A stretch of 64,000 bases of DNA from the human T2T-CHM13v2.0 reference genome, Homo sapiens, in NCBI RefSeq assembly GCF_009914755.1, contig NC_060925.1; one strand, given 5' to 3'. Shown in pieces: positions 1-18,569 of this stretch. The notes below the pieces were generated by a model. The model did no database searches. It worked only from the letters and a program-made list of their open reading frames with translations, and was not told the DNA's origin. The translations under genes were made by a program, and so were the position numbers. The stretch's first letter is position 1. Each line of letters begins with the position of its first letter.

Positions 1-296
1 CCGCCTCCCAGGTTCAAGTGATTCTCCTGCCTCAGCCTCCCGAGTAGCTGGGATTACAGGTATATGTGCCATCATGCCCGGCTAATTTTGTATTTTTTTT
101 TTTTTTTAGTAGAGACGAGGTTTCTCCATGTTGGTCAGGCTGGTCTTGAACTCCGACTTCAGGTGATCTGCCAGCCTCAGCCTCCCAAAGTGCTGGGATT
201 ACAGGTGTGAGCCACCACGCCCAGCCTGGAGTGTCTTCTTAAAGCAGTTCATGTCACTTGACTACTTAAAACCACCCTAATTTCATGTCACTCTTA

Positions 297-818
<522 letters not shown>

Positions 819-1225
819 TCAGTTCTTATGAGCCTTCTCTGGCTGCTCTGTCTTGAGAGGCACCCCTTCCAACAGAATTGTTACCTTATCATTCTGCTTC
901 CATCACAACAATGACCACAGTCTAATTATTCTCCTCAGTTGCCTCTTTATTTTCTCTCTCCCTGGGTAGAATAGAAGCCCGCACAGGGTGGGGCCCTGAC
1001 TTATCTCCCCAACACCTAAACTCAATCTTTATTTGTGTAATGAATGATTGAAGAAAGCCTTACCTAACACATGTACATCTCCACCACATTATCCCCACCA
1101 TTTAGTTCCATTGTAATAAAAGTAATACCTTTTGATGGTCCTTTACAGTTTTAGATAGCATGTTCTTGTTTGCCATCAATAGCTCTCTCACACACACACT
1201 ATTTAATTTTTGATCTTCATAATTA

Positions 1226-1569
<344 letters not shown>

Positions 1570-1675
1570 TTAAAAAAAAAAAAAAAAAAAAAATGAAATC
1601 GAGAGAAGTAACCAAGGTAGAAAGTGTCAAAAAGTGTCAAAATCAAAATCTAAAAGCAGGCTTTGGGAAATGCAG

Positions 1676-2328
1676 TGATGTCTGACCCCAACTGCCTGGA
1701 TTCAGGCCAGACTTCACAGGGTAAGGAACAGTCCTCCACTTCAGGCCACTCTCACTTCAGACACCAGTAGCCAGTTCAGGGGTTGGTTCCACTACCCCTG
1801 CAGGTTTGATAATTTGCTACAATGACTCACAGAACTCAGGAAAGCACTATACTTATGATAAGTTAAACTTTTATTGCAGCAAAAGGGTACAAATCAGAAC
1901 CAGCCAAGAGAAGAGATACAGAGGGCAAAGTCTGGGAAGAGCTACACGGGAAGCTTTGGGCACCTTCTCCTGTGGAGTTCCAGACATCACTGCCCCTCCC
2001 TGCTACGAGGTGTGGCAGTGCTTGCGAGTGCTGCCACCAGGAAAGCTTGCCCGAGTCTTTGGTGTCCAGAGCCCTTGCTGGAGCTTGACCACATGCTGCC
2101 TGCATGACTGACCTTTGCTCTCCAGTCCCTATGGGGGCTGGAACTGATATGGCGTGTTTCGGAGCCCCCATTATAAATCACATCATTTGAGCATCTGGTG
2201 GCCAAACTCCTCAGGCAAACAATGACATTCCTATTGGGCAGGACATTCCAGAGGCCTAGAGATCATCTCCCAGTAGCCGAGGGCCAAAGCCAGACCTCTC
2301 TTTGGGTAAAATCAATTCTTCACTACAC
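1676..2328 (-). mobile_element. ERVL LTR (MER77/MER21 group)
   Basis: Minus strand begins tgtgtagtgaagaatt...cccaaagagaggtctggc. Confidence 0.65.
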
Positions 2329-2445
2329 AGGGGAGTTTTACCTTTTGTTTTTTTTAATTCGAGATCGAGTGCTATAACACACTGTTCTGTTTAATCTTTG
2401 CTCTCTTCTTTGACCTGTTTCTTCTCTTTCCAAGTTGGCTTCAGG

Positions 2446-2519
2446 TCACATGTTGCTCTGGAGAACCGAGAAGGGTGAGCAGACACCAATCATGACCCCA
2501 AACAGCAAGAGGACAGAAG
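2446..2519 (+). ncRNA. Candidate non-coding exon
   Basis: Long polypyrimidine tract then ggcttcag|, and consensus donor AAG|GTAAGT, in unique sequence next to an LTR. Confidence 0.4.
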
Positions 2520-2842
2520 GTAAGTGAAGTCTTTATGATCAAGCAAGAAATATTCTGTTTACAATGGAAATTATTATAAATTATCTTTTTTTACATGACA
2601 TTGAAATGAGTTCTAGTAAATGTATCTGTTAGTAAGGAAAAGACCAAAGCAATGCCGGGCAGTGATGTCAAAGTAACATAATACTGTAATCTACTTGACA
2701 TTCTCTGATAATATACCACAACACTGCAGCCTATAATTTCCTACAGATTAATATGCCAAGAAGGTGCCAGTTACTTATTGAAATGTAAAATTCAGATGAT
2801 TTCACTGGTGTGTGGTGGGAGCTTATGCACATGGGTATATAA

Positions 2843-3124
<282 letters not shown>

Positions 3125-4444
3125 TGATCTGCTTACCTAAGCCTCCCAAAGTGCTGGGATTATAGGCTTGATCCACCACGCCCAGCCTTCATTGTGATTA
3201 TTAATTTTGGAGTACAAGCTGTCATCACACTGTCATCAAAAACATTTATTAAGTCTCCAAATTGCAAAGTATGTTTTGTTTTTGTAACTGTTTATTTACC
3301 TTTCTCCCAACTAGATGGTGAGCAGTTTACACAGGTGCTCAACAAATGTATTTTAATGAATGTCTACAAGAGGTTAACTAATTTGAATTTTAAAAAAAAA
3401 ATTACCCGAGGTGGGCGGATCACGAGGTCAGGAGATCGAGACCATCCTGGCTAACACGGTGAAACCCTGTCTCTACTAAAAATACAAAAAATTAGCCGGG
3501 AGAGGTGGCGGGCACCTGTAGTCCCAGCTACTCGGGAGGCTGAGGCAGGAGAATGGCGTAAACCCCGGGGGACAGAGCCTGCAGTGAGCCGAGATCGTGG
3601 CACTGCACTCCAGCCTGGGCGACAGCGAGACTCCGTCTCAAAAAAAAAAAAAAATTACACAGCACAATAGAAGCATAATAAAAGTATAACAACAATAATG
3701 AACCTATAAGAAGGCATTGAAGTTGCTGCCCAGAAAGTCAGTTTCCCGTTCCAGCTCTGCTCCTTGGTTGTTTGACATTGGGCAGGTCTCAATTCTCACA
3801 TCTATTTCCTCATCTGAAAAACAGAATAACTCATGTTTGCTCTACTTACCCAGGAGGCTACTGTAAGAATCAAATGAATCCATCAATTTTAAGGTGTTTT
3901 ACAAACGATGAAGTATTTTGCTGATGTTATTATTTCTTTTTGTTGTTGCTGTTTTGAGATGGAGTCTCACTCTGTCACCCAGGCTGGAGTGCCGTGGTGC
4001 CATCTCAGCTCACTGCAACCTCTGCCTCCCAGGCTGAAATGATTATCCTGCCTCAGCCTCCCAAGTAGCTGGAACTACAGGCACCCACCACCATACCCAG
4101 CTAATTTGTGTGTTTTTAGTAGAGACAGGGTTTCGCCATGTTGTCCAGACTGGCCTCGAACTCCTGGCCTCAGGTGATCCACCTACCTCGGCCTCCCAAA
4201 GTGCTGAGATTACAGGTGTGACCCACCGCGCCCGGCCTGCTGATGTTATTATTTCAACAGAAAAATTATTTTAGAAGTGGCATGCATTTTACTAGGATGC
4301 AAAACATGATTGGGGAAACAGACTCAAGAATTCTAAACCTAGGCAGATTGAGGTCAGGGAAGGTACCTCTCATCTCTTTAGTCTTGAAGTAGTCTAGAAG
4401 TAATCTACTCCTGGTCTCTGCTGTTTATTATTTGTCTTCTTTGA

Positions 4445-4699
<255 letters not shown>

Positions 4700-4746
4700 T
4701 GATCCACCCATCTCAGCCTCCCAAAGTGCTGGGATTACAGACATGA

Positions 4747-5083
<337 letters not shown>

Positions 5084-5608
5084 TGAGCCTCGTTTATGTT
5101 ATATGTAACATGGTGATAAAATGTGCCTTGCCCCAGAAGGTTTGCTAGGGGGTTCAAATTAGATGATTGTTGCTAAGGTCTCTGTGACAGCTATAAAGTA
5201 CTATACAAATGTAAAAAAATCTTGTATGAATTACCTGAAGGTGATGAGCTTTCAGAGACAGTTTCAGTAAAGCACACAGGCTGAGAGTATGGGAGGCTAA
5301 CATTGGCAGTCACATCCCAGGAAAGAATAGAACATTTTGGTATCTATTATCTTGGGATTACACATTGCCTTAGGAACTCCATTGTGACAAGGCCTTGCAA
5401 AAAAGTAAAATGAAACATAGGCCCTTTCACATACATTGGCTCAATAAATCTTCCCAACACTGTGCCAAGTGGGAATTATGATGCCCATTTGACTGATGGG
5501 GAACTGAAGCTTGGAGATGTTGAAACATACCCAAGATTATGCAACTGGCAGATGGCTGCATCAAAACAAATTTCTCCAACTCCAGCAGAAAAGTTAAGAG
5601 CATGCTTA

Positions 5609-5907
<299 letters not shown>

Positions 5908-5997
5908 TCAAAAAAAAAAAAAAAAAAAAAAAAAAGAAAAGGAAGAGCTAGTCGGGGGTGGCCTTAAACAAATGGCCCATTTCTCATTCCTCCCTGA

Positions 5998-6288
<291 letters not shown>

Positions 6289-8324
6289 TGATCCACCTGC
6301 CTCGGCCTCCCAACATTCTGGGATTACAGGCATAAGCCACCGCGCCCGGCCAGTACTTCATATTTCTTACTATGGCTGGGGTTCCCAGAGAAACAACTAT
6401 GACAACAGGTGGATTTAGGATACAACAGGGTGACGTCTGTGCACGGGCAGGAAGGCATTTTTACTGGAGCGGAGTATGATCAATGTTCACAGCTGTGGCA
6501 GCCTGCTCCCCTGAAAGATCTTTAATTGGAGAAGAAGTGGCTATAGCCAGCTTCACTCTGACCCTGTTAGAAATGCCCAGTTCTTAAGTCACATCCCAAT
6601 TCTACACATAGACTCAAGGGTTTGCAGAAACACCCACTACTCTCCCACCTCCCTCCTCATAAATATGTTCATCCTATGGCCTAGGCGAGTCAAGAGTAGT
6701 CCGTCAGACACAAAGACACTAGTGGTCCCTATTTATGTATAAATCTTTTTCACCACCTAGAATTCTTCCTTCATTATTTTGTGTCTCTTCCCTTATTTAA
6801 AAGCTAATTTTAAAAAATCTAACTCAAATATCAAAAATTAGAAACAGCCCCAATGTACATCAATTTGGAGACCAATTTGGCTGGACTCACACCTGTAATC
6901 CTAGCACTTTGGGAGGCTGAGACAGGTGGATCGCTTGAGCCCAGGAGTTTGAAACCAGCCTGAGCAACAGGGTGAAACTCCGACTCTAAAAAGAAATACA
7001 AAGATTAGCTGGGTGTGTTGGCACACACCTGTAGTCTCAGCTAATCAGGAGGCTGAAGTGGGAGGATACTTTGACCTCAGGAGGCAGAGGTTGCAGTGAG
7101 CCGAGATCACGCCACTGCACTCCAGCCTGAGAAATACAGCGAGACCCTGTCTCAAAAAAAAAAAAAAAAAAAAAAAAAGGAGACTAGTTTAAATAAATAA
7201 TGAGAGCACACATTCAAACAATGGACTATTAAAAGAACAAAGTAGACAGGACATGGTGGCTCACACCTGTAATCCCAGTGCTCTGGGAGGCCAATGCAGG
7301 AGGATCACTTGAGGCCAGGGTTTGAGACCAGCCTGGGCAACATAGGGAGAGCCCATCTCTATAAAAAATTTAAAAATTAGATGGGCATGGTGGCACACTC
7401 CTGTAGTTATAGCTACTTGGAGGCAGGAGCAGGAGGAAGTCTGGGGTTACAGTGAGCTATGATTGCACCACTGCAATCCAGCCTGAGCAATAGACCAAGG
7501 CCCTGTCTCTTTAGAAACAAACCAAAAATAGATATAGCAAGACTGCCAAAATATAATGTTAAGTGAATTAGTAAAGGGAAGAGCAAGGTGTATAGTATGT
7601 TCCAATTTTTATAAAAAATAAATATTAAACATAGGCTTACAGTGGCACAAAAAGCTCTAGAATACACAAGAACTGTTAAGAATGGCTGACTCTGGTTAAG
7701 GAGACACTTTTCATTGTATTCCTTTAGTGCTGTTTGAATTTTACCATGGCATATATTACTAATTCAATTCAAACAAAACAAAAACAACTTTAACTAAACA
7801 TGTTTTTCTACCAAAAGCTTTACTTGTCCACCCTACTTCCTAAGTATCTCCCAAATCTGATTACCACCCCCTTCCCACTGCCTCTGCCCCAGCCCAACTA
7901 CAGGAGTGGACTGTGCTTTGCTCCTGAATTCCATAATCTCAAGGGGCATGTTTCCTTTAAAACATAATTGTTTAAAAAAAAAAAACACCTGGTTATCCAG
8001 ACCATTTGGTTAAATTGAAAACTATCAAAAGGCATATTACCAGTCACACCTGGCTGTATCCTGCATTACAGAGCTGTTTGAAGGTCAATTTTGAGTTGTT
8101 TGCCCTGAGTGCCAACATTGCTACTCATGGTTTTGCCTCTACAGTTTCAGGCCATCAACCCCTCTCTCTCCAACGACTGCAACAGTCTTCTAATTAGTGT
8201 CACTAACTCTACTGTTTCTTATGCCCACACTGCAATTAGAGTGATCTAAAATTTTAAATCTGGCTTGGCGCAGTGGCTCACGCCTGTAATCCCAACACTT
8301 TAGGAAGCCGAGGCGGGCATATCA

Positions 8325-8577
<253 letters not shown>

Positions 8578-8941
8578 TTAAAATTTTAAATCTGATATTT
8601 ATAGTCCCCACTGCCCTTGAGTTAGAGTCCACCTTCTTTAACACGGTTTACAGGGCCTCTGTGATCCTAGTCGCTTCTTTCTTTGGCCTTGTCCTTCCTC
8701 TCCATTCCCCTTATAGACACCTCAGGGCTGCCCCATGCTCTAAACTCCAGCCACACTGCACATTGGTGAACTTTATGCGCTGAATCAGCATTGCTGTCTC
8801 TGGTCTCTAACACTCATACCTGCTGTTTGCTCTTTAGGGATCCCCCCTACTCCACAGCTTGACGGCAGAGCAGTGACCAGAATATATGCTCAGGAAGGCC
8901 AAAGAGATGAAGCCGCAGCTGCCTCTTTTTTTTTTTTTTGA

Positions 8942-9106
<165 letters not shown>

Positions 9107-9915
9107 TAGAGATGGGGTTTCGCCATGTTGGTCAGGCTGGTCTCGAACTCCTGGCCTCAGGTGATCCACGCACCTCCGCCTCCCAAAGTCCTGGGATTAG
9201 AGGCGTGAGCCACCGTGCCCAGCCAGGCTTGCTTCTCTGAGCCATACCCTTCTGTTGGAACAAGCATCCTTTCTATTAAAAGCAATAAATCTCCTCTTAT
9301 TTAAGTGGCAGATGGTTTAGATTGTTACTTTTGCTTTCAGCAATCCTCTAGAAAAAGAAGGAACTTTAAGGTTGAGAACTAACTTCTAGCAGCTATGCAG
9401 AAGTTCTGAGAGGTGACTCGTGTTTTTTACATCAAGACCTCCACAAAGGCCCCTTCTGTCATTGAGTCAAAGTTCTAGCGACCTAGGTTCATCCTCAAAT
9501 GTGTAATGAAAACCTGTAAATCACTTGGACTCCACTTCCCCTCCCACCCTGGGTCCTCCACCCCACCTTGCTTTGGTTTTGCTTGGGGAGAAAGTGGTCT
9601 CTACACAATATGTCTCTCTCCCTATCAGTCTGCAGGATGCTCAGCAGGGGCACTCCCTGAACACGCCTGCTCCCACAGCATGTGCAAAGGCTTCACACTT
9701 GGATTGAGGGTTATACATTTCTTCATGGACATCCCCAAACAACACAGAACAGAGACAAGGTTTCTGGTCCTTTTGGAATGTCCACACCATTCCCATTCTT
9801 CAAAATCTGTCACACTTCCAGATAGTTCCAGTGAACAATGAACTCTCCCCCTATGCAGTAACAGTTGATTATTCAATTTAACACTGAATTATATATTCTC
9901 TGGAACTGTTCTCTA

Positions 9916-10125
<210 letters not shown>

Positions 10126-10128
10126 TCA

Positions 10129-10422
<294 letters not shown>

Positions 10423-12405
10423 TTATGACTCGAAACTCCTCAAAGTGCAGAAACACAAGCCACATCCCTTCTCAAGGCCAGACACATACTAGGAGCTCTA
10501 TTAATACCTGAATAAAAACCACGGATGAAGAGCTTGCCTGGCCCTGGCATTTCTATACCAAACCAACACACCATGGATCATTGTATCTTCCCTGGGACAG
10601 ACCCTCAGAGCCTACAAGTGACTCTACAACTTCACTGATACAGATCTATTATTCCTTAGCTTAGACTTCCATCTCTCCAGATCAACCTTCAGGAAAACTA
10701 GGAAACTATCAATAATGATTTCAATTGTCGGCTTCAAATTCACCTTATTTCTTCTACCCCAGCATGCCTTTTTTGTGGCAGCACTTAGATTCTCATTCAG
10801 AAAACAAACGCATTCATGCCGTACCAGTGATTCGTTGGGGAAACTGCCTCGGCCCCACCACCCAGATCCCCCACGTTCCTACCAAGTAAGCCAAGTGACC
10901 ATGTGAAGAACTGACTGACACCCAGAGGAAACTAATAAACAAAAACAAATAAAAGCAAATACCTTTTCAGGAATCTCACTTGGAAAACCAAGTATAATGG
11001 CAAAAAACAACCAAAAAAAAAAAACCCGAATGTTTTCAGCGTTGGGGATGTTGGGGGTGTAGACATCTCGAGAGCTGGTTTCCGAAGGCACCGCACCCCA
11101 GACAATGTGCTACAAGAGCCTCCCGGCTGCTGTGTCAATGAAGCCTTTCAGGCCCTCCACACTGCTTCACTTGTTCCCTAAAGTAGTGCTTTCTGGAAGC
11201 TAAACTCTCAGCTGGCGAGAACAGTGAACTCTGTGCCATTTGTCTATCAACTCCTTTAAAAAGAAAAACCTCCTGTACGGCTCTCTTGTTTTGCATTTTC
11301 TATTCTGCACTCCAGTACGCATAACGACACACAGAAGAGGCAAGGGCCTCTTTTAAAACCGTGAAGAAAGAATAAATTTGAAAGCACCCAGAAGCCTCTG
11401 CTTTCAGCTATTAGAGAAAAGTTTGCATCCCATAGAAACCAGTACTAATTAAAAAAAAAAAAAAACTCAGTCCTCAACCCTGGGAATCAACAATAAGGGA
11501 CTCTTCAGGGTGTGGAGTAACAAAAAAATTTAAAAACAAAAAATAAATGTGCACAGCCCATCTATCTTTTCCCAATCAAATAATACAGCCTTCCAAAATG
11601 TAAAAATAGAAATATTTTCACATGTGAATTTTACCTCAATAAAGTAATTTTTTAAAAATCTTTTTAGCCGGGCACAGTGGCTCATGCTTATAATCCCAGC
11701 ATTTTGGGAGGCCAAGGCAGGCAGATCACGAGGTCAGGAGTTCAAGATCAGCCTGGCCAAGATGGTGAAACCCCATCTCTACTAAAAATACAAAAAATTA
11801 GCCAGGCATGGTGGTGCACACCTGTAATCTCAGCTACTCGGGAGCTGAGGCAGGAGAATCGCTTGAACCCAGGAGACAGAGGTTGCAGTGATCCAAGACT
11901 GAGCCTGCACTCCAGCCTGGGTAACAAGAGTGAAACTCAGTCTCACAAAAAAAAAAAAAGAAGAAGAAGAAAACAGGAAGTGCCTTCCATAATTCCAAAT
12001 ACAGTATTGTTAAATATTAATGTATTATGTCCAAATAGTTCAGTGAATTTCAAGTTTTCATCCAGATGAATGGAGTTCTTCATATTCATTCAACTAATAA
12101 ATATTCCTTGAGCATCTACGACATGCTAGGCATTTTTACAAGTAAAAACAAAAGTAGACAAAAATTGCTGTCTTTATGGACTCTATATTCTAGTAGAGGG
12201 CAGAAAAGCCAGTGACCGATAAAAGCCAGTGACCAACACTTGTGTTTTTTAGCTGACTTATTCTTGGGTATTTAAAAGAGATCTTGGGCCGAGCAGTGGC
12301 TCATGTCTGTAATCCCAGCATGTTGGGAGGCCGAGGCGGGCGAATCATCTGAGGTCAGGAGTTCGAGACCAGCCTGGCTAACATGGTAAAACCCCATCTC
12401 TACTA

Positions 12406-12600
<195 letters not shown>

Positions 12601-13074
12601 TTATACGAGTCTGTTATTTTCCTAGTCTTTTCTCCACTCCAAAGAAAGATAAACCTAATTGGTATTCCTTACCACTACAACAATCAGGACCACTGAAGTG
12701 AGAGGAAAGGAAGCTATACAAGGATGTATTTAAAGCTCATTACTTAAACAAAATGAAAACATAAGATCCAGAGAGTTCTTTTTATGTTTGTTTAAGAGCT
12801 TCAGAAAGGCTGGGCAGGCTGGCACATGCCTGTTGTCCTAGCTACTCGGGAGGCTGAGGCAGAAGGATAGCTTAAGCCCAGGAATTTGTATCCACCCCAG
12901 GCAACATAGTGAGGCCTCATTAAAAAAAAAAAGGAAAGAAAAAAGGGTTTTAGAAAACATAATCTGATGCACAGATTATAGAGTTTTGCATTTTTAAAAA
13001 ATAGATCTAATTGATAAGACAGCAAAAAATGAATATGTGGAACCCAGCAATTTCATTCCACGTACACACTAGAG

Positions 13075-13383
13075 CAGTAATCAGCAAACATTTTCTGCAT
13101 AGAATTAGATACCAGATATTTTAGGCTTTGCACGCCATCCAGTCTCTGTTACAACCACTCACTAGGCCTGAAAACGGCCTTAGGTAATATATAAATGCAT
13201 GAGCATGGCTGTTCCAATAAAACTTTACTTATGGACACTGAAACTTGAATTTTCATGTGTCATAAAATATTAGTCTTTCCATTTTTAAAAACCATTCAGA
13301 AATGTAAAAACCACCTTAGTGTCTGGGTCATACAAAAAAAAGGTGGAGGGTCCACGGGCCAGACCATGGTTTGCCAATCCCTG
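13075..13383 (+). mobile_element. MER58B-like hAT-Charlie MITE inside an old L1M fragment
   Basis: cagcaaac...gcatggctgttccaataaaacttta...tttgccaatccctg. Confidence 0.75.
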
Positions 13384-13388
13384 CTCTA

Positions 13389-13743
<355 letters not shown>

Positions 13744-14568
13744 TCATAACATCATTATGTGAATTAGCAAGTATGCAGATACCAAAAATGTTGGTAGACA
13801 AAAACTGGAGTTACATGTATCAACATGGATGATCTTACAAACCTATTTAAGAGAAAACACAAATTACAGAAGAACAGTTACAACGTCATTTATATACAAA
13901 TTTTAAATATGCAGAAATTATATATTACTGAGCATATTTAACATATATAATAAAAGTCTGAACAGGCCATGCGCAGTGGCTCATGCCTGTAATCCCAGCA
14001 CTTTGGGAGCTGAGGCAGGTGGATCACTTGAGATCAGGAGTTCAAGACCAGCCTGGCCAACATGGCGAAACCCCATCTCTACTAAAAATTCAAAAATTAG
14101 CCAGGTGTGTTGTTGCGCATCTGTAACCCTAGCTACTCAGGAGGCTGAGGCAGGAGAATCACTGAACCCGGGAGCCAGAGGATGCAGTGAGCCGAGATTG
14201 TGCCACTGCACTCCAGCCTCGGTGACAGAGTAAGACTCTTGTCTCAAAAAACAAAAAGGAATGTTCCACATCAAACTCATTTACCTGGGAATGACGTCAG
14301 GGGGAGGCAGGAGAAGGATACAACTGGAGAAGGATGCACAGGGGGCTTCAACTGCATTGTTGATGTTTCATTTTTTAAACTGAGTGACAAGTCGATCAAT
14401 GTCCATTCTTGATACCACTGTGTACCTTAAATATTTAATAATAAATAAAAAGAAATGTGCAGTTTTGGGCTTTTTTTTGTTTTGTTTTTTGTTTTTTTAG
14501 ATAGAGTCTCGCTCTGTCACCCAGGCTGGACTACAGTGGCGTGATCTGGGCTCACGCCCAGATCCTGA

Positions 14569-14832
<264 letters not shown>

Positions 14833-15294
14833 TGAGCCCAGATTTCTGACACTAAAAACAAAAAAATGCCCCATTTGTTTCTTTTCTTTCTTTCTTTCTT
14901 TTTTTTTAGAGATGGAGTCTCGCTCTGTCGCCTGGGCTGGAGTGCAGTGGGGCAATCTTGGCTCACTGCAAGCTCCACCTCCCGTGTTCACGCCATTCTC
15001 CTGACTCAGCCTCCTGAGTAGCTGGGAACACAAGCGCCCACCACCACGCCCAGCTAATTTTTGTATTTTTAGTAGAGACGGGGTTTCACCGTGTTAGCCA
15101 GGATGGTCTCAATCTCCTGACCTCGTGATCCACCTGCCTCAGCCTCCCAAAGTGCTGGCATTACAGGCGTGAGCCACCACGCCCAGCCTATTTGTTTCAT
15201 TTTTAAAAATTGGACTGAACCTTAGGAGAAAACAGAAAATTGTACTACATTCTTGCATAGCTAGCTAATGTAAATAGCTTCAAGCAACAAACTA

Positions 15295-15465
<171 letters not shown>

Positions 15466-16217
15466 TTAGCTGGGCATGGTGGCGCGTGCCTGTAGTCCCA
15501 GCTACTGGGGAGGCTGAGGCACAAGAATCGCTTGAACCCGGTAGGTGGAAGTTGCAGTGAGCCAAGCAGAGATTGCACCACTGAACTCCAGCCTGGGCTG
15601 GAGGTTTTTTTCATCTCGGGAAAAAAAAAAAAAAAAAAAAAAAGAGCTGAGTCAGATTCTGACTTGTCTAACGGACTCAGTCGTGATGTTTTGCCTGTCT
15701 GCTCCAAGTTCCCCTGTTCCAGACACATCTCTCACAGCATTACAATGATCTACATGCCCTAGGAATAGCGACTTTCCATCATCTGCCTCATCAGAGCAAA
15801 TAGAAGTGTAAGTGGCAATGACGTTAGTGTTTGTGTGTGTGAAAACCTAGTGTGAATTTTCCCCTTTCTCTGGCAAAAGCTCACAAGCCATCATTATAGA
15901 AAAGCAGAAGAAAAAACTGCTTGTTCTGCTTTTCCTGACCTCAGAAGCAGTAGTTGTTAAAACTCTTTAAAAAAAAAAAAATGGGGTCTTGCTATGCTGC
16001 CCAGACAGGTCTCCATCTCCTGGGCTCAAGCAGAGCTGGGACTACAGGCACACCACCACACCAAGCAAAACTGTCTTTTGATTTAAAATTACTTAAATAC
16101 TTCTTTAAGGGTCTCCTATAGTCACTTATCTTCCAGTTACCTAAATCACTAGCTTCTTTTTTTTTTTCCTTCAGAGACCCCCCCCAAAGTCACATCCGTT
16201 GCAATTATCGGGCAGGT

Positions 16218-16232
16218 ACTGCCCTCTAGTGT
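16218..16232 (-). promoter_or_regulatory. CTCF-like motif
   Basis: ACACTAGAGGGCAGT, one mismatch to the CCASYAGRKGGCRSY core. Confidence 0.45.
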
Positions 16233-16324
16233 TTATACTTTTATAATAAAAATTTTACACACTACCCTTTTAACTGACCTCAAAGCATGGAAAATCTGTC
16301 AAAAACTAAATAATATCCTATTAA

Positions 16325-16539
16325 CCCAAGATTTTTCACCTTCACACTACTGGCATTCTGATCACCCTTTGTTGCGGGGCTGTCTTGTGCACTGTGGGAC
16401 GTTTTGGCAGCACCCCTGGCATCTTCCCACTTGATGCAGTAGCACTCCCACACACATCCCGGTGTGACAACCAAAAATATCTCCAGACACAGCTAAATGT
16501 CCCCAGGGGAACAAAATCACCCCTGCTTGAGATCCACTG
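16325..16539 (+). mobile_element. MER20 hAT-Charlie MITE
   Basis: ggggctgtcttgtgcactgt...gtgacaaccaaaaatatctccagac...ttgagatccactg. Confidence 0.85.
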
Positions 16540-17318
16540 TATTAGTCTAAAGGTTGTCCAAAACATTCACATTAGACCTGAAAATTGTAAGGGAAAAGGG
16601 CTTCTCTGGGCTAATTCCATTGAATGAGATAAAGAACTTCATTTCTGCATGAAAAACAAGGAGGTAGAGAATTAAGATTTTCAGCTCCCCGCCTCCACGT
16701 ACCCGCAAAGTCCTGGCCATTGGGACATTTTTTACACCTTTAGCTTTCTGTTCCAGCTTTACCTCTTAGACCTCTTCACTTCCTTTCAAAGTGCATCACA
16801 AACAAAGCTTGCCCTTCTAGCCAAATGCAGAGAATGTGGTAGGGAAAAGGAAGAAGGGAGGTCTGAGCATTTGTACTCAAAAAAAGGGCTCTGGCCAGAT
16901 GTGGTGGCTCATGCCTGTAATCCCGGCACTTTGGGAGGCTGAGGTGGGCAGGAGTTCAAGACCAGCCTTGGCAACATGGCAAAACCCCATCTCTACTAAA
17001 AATACAAAATTAGCCGGGTTCAGTGGCAGGTGCTTGTAGTCCCAGCTATTCTGGAGGCTAAGGCATGAGAATCCCTTGAGCCTAGGGGGCAGGGAGGCTG
17101 CAGTGAGCCAAGATTGCCCCACTGCACTCCAGCCTGGGCAACAGAGCAAGACTCTGTCTCAAAAAAAAAAAAAAAGGAGAGGGGCTCTAGCAAAGCGTTA
17201 AGGCTCAGCATTAATAATGCCAGCCAACCAGGAACCTGTATTGATTGTCAGCCTAATATGAAAATTCTTATCAAATATCAAAATAAGTTTCAAATCTGGC
17301 TTTTAGAAAGATATTTAG

Positions 17319-17623
<305 letters not shown>

Positions 17624-18569
17624 TGATCCGCCTGCCTCAGCCTTCCAAAGTGCTGGGATTACAGGTGTGAGCCACCGTGCCTGGCTAGTTCTATGAATTT
17701 TAACACTTGCAAATTACTGAGAACTTGATATTTAAAAAATAAAAAAGGAGTTTGGACTGTCACTAACTTCCTCCCCTCATCAAATTTCTCACTGACTTAG
17801 TTGATTTCACTGAAGAACTAAACAAAAAATAAGAATAATCGGGCCGGGAGCAGTGGTTCATGCCTGTAATCCCAGCAGTTTGGGAGACTGAGACAGGTGG
17901 ATTACTTGAGGCCAGGAGTTTGCGACCAGCCTGGGCAACATGGTGAAACCCCGTCTCTATTAAAAATACAAAAAATTAGCCAGGCTTGGTGGTGCATGCC
18001 TGTAATCCCAGTTTCTGGGGAGGCTGAGGCACGAGAATCATTTGAGTCTGGGAGGCGGAGGTTGCAGTGAGCAACCTGTATCAAAAAAATAATAATTTTT
18101 TTCTGTCTCAAAAAATAATAATTTTTTTTTTTGAGACAGAGTCTCGCTCTGTCGCCCAGGCTAGAGTGCAGTGGTGCAACCTCTGCTCACTGCAACCTCC
18201 CTGCCTCCCGGGCTCAAGTGATTCTCGTGCCTCAGCCTCCAGAGTAACAGGGACTACAGGCACGCACCACCACGCCTGGCTAATTTTTGTAATTTTAGTA
18301 GAGACGGGGTTTCACCATATTGCCCAGGCTGGTCTTGAACTCCAGAGCTCAAGTGATTTGCCCTCCTTGGCCTCCCAAAGTGCTGGTATTACAGACATTA
18401 GCCAGCATGCCCGGCCTAAATACATTTGTATAATTAAAAATATTTCATTCTTTATTAACATTTTCAGACCTAGTTTTTTTTATCATTTAGTGAAATTGAA
18501 AGTCATAGAGCTCTACAATCGTCAAGCTCTTATTAGCAGACCGTTGGAATGGAAATCTGTTTTAGCTAC

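Noticed and set aside
12204-12234. Short duplication aaaagccagtgacc x2
   Set aside because: Ordinary slippage event with no further structure
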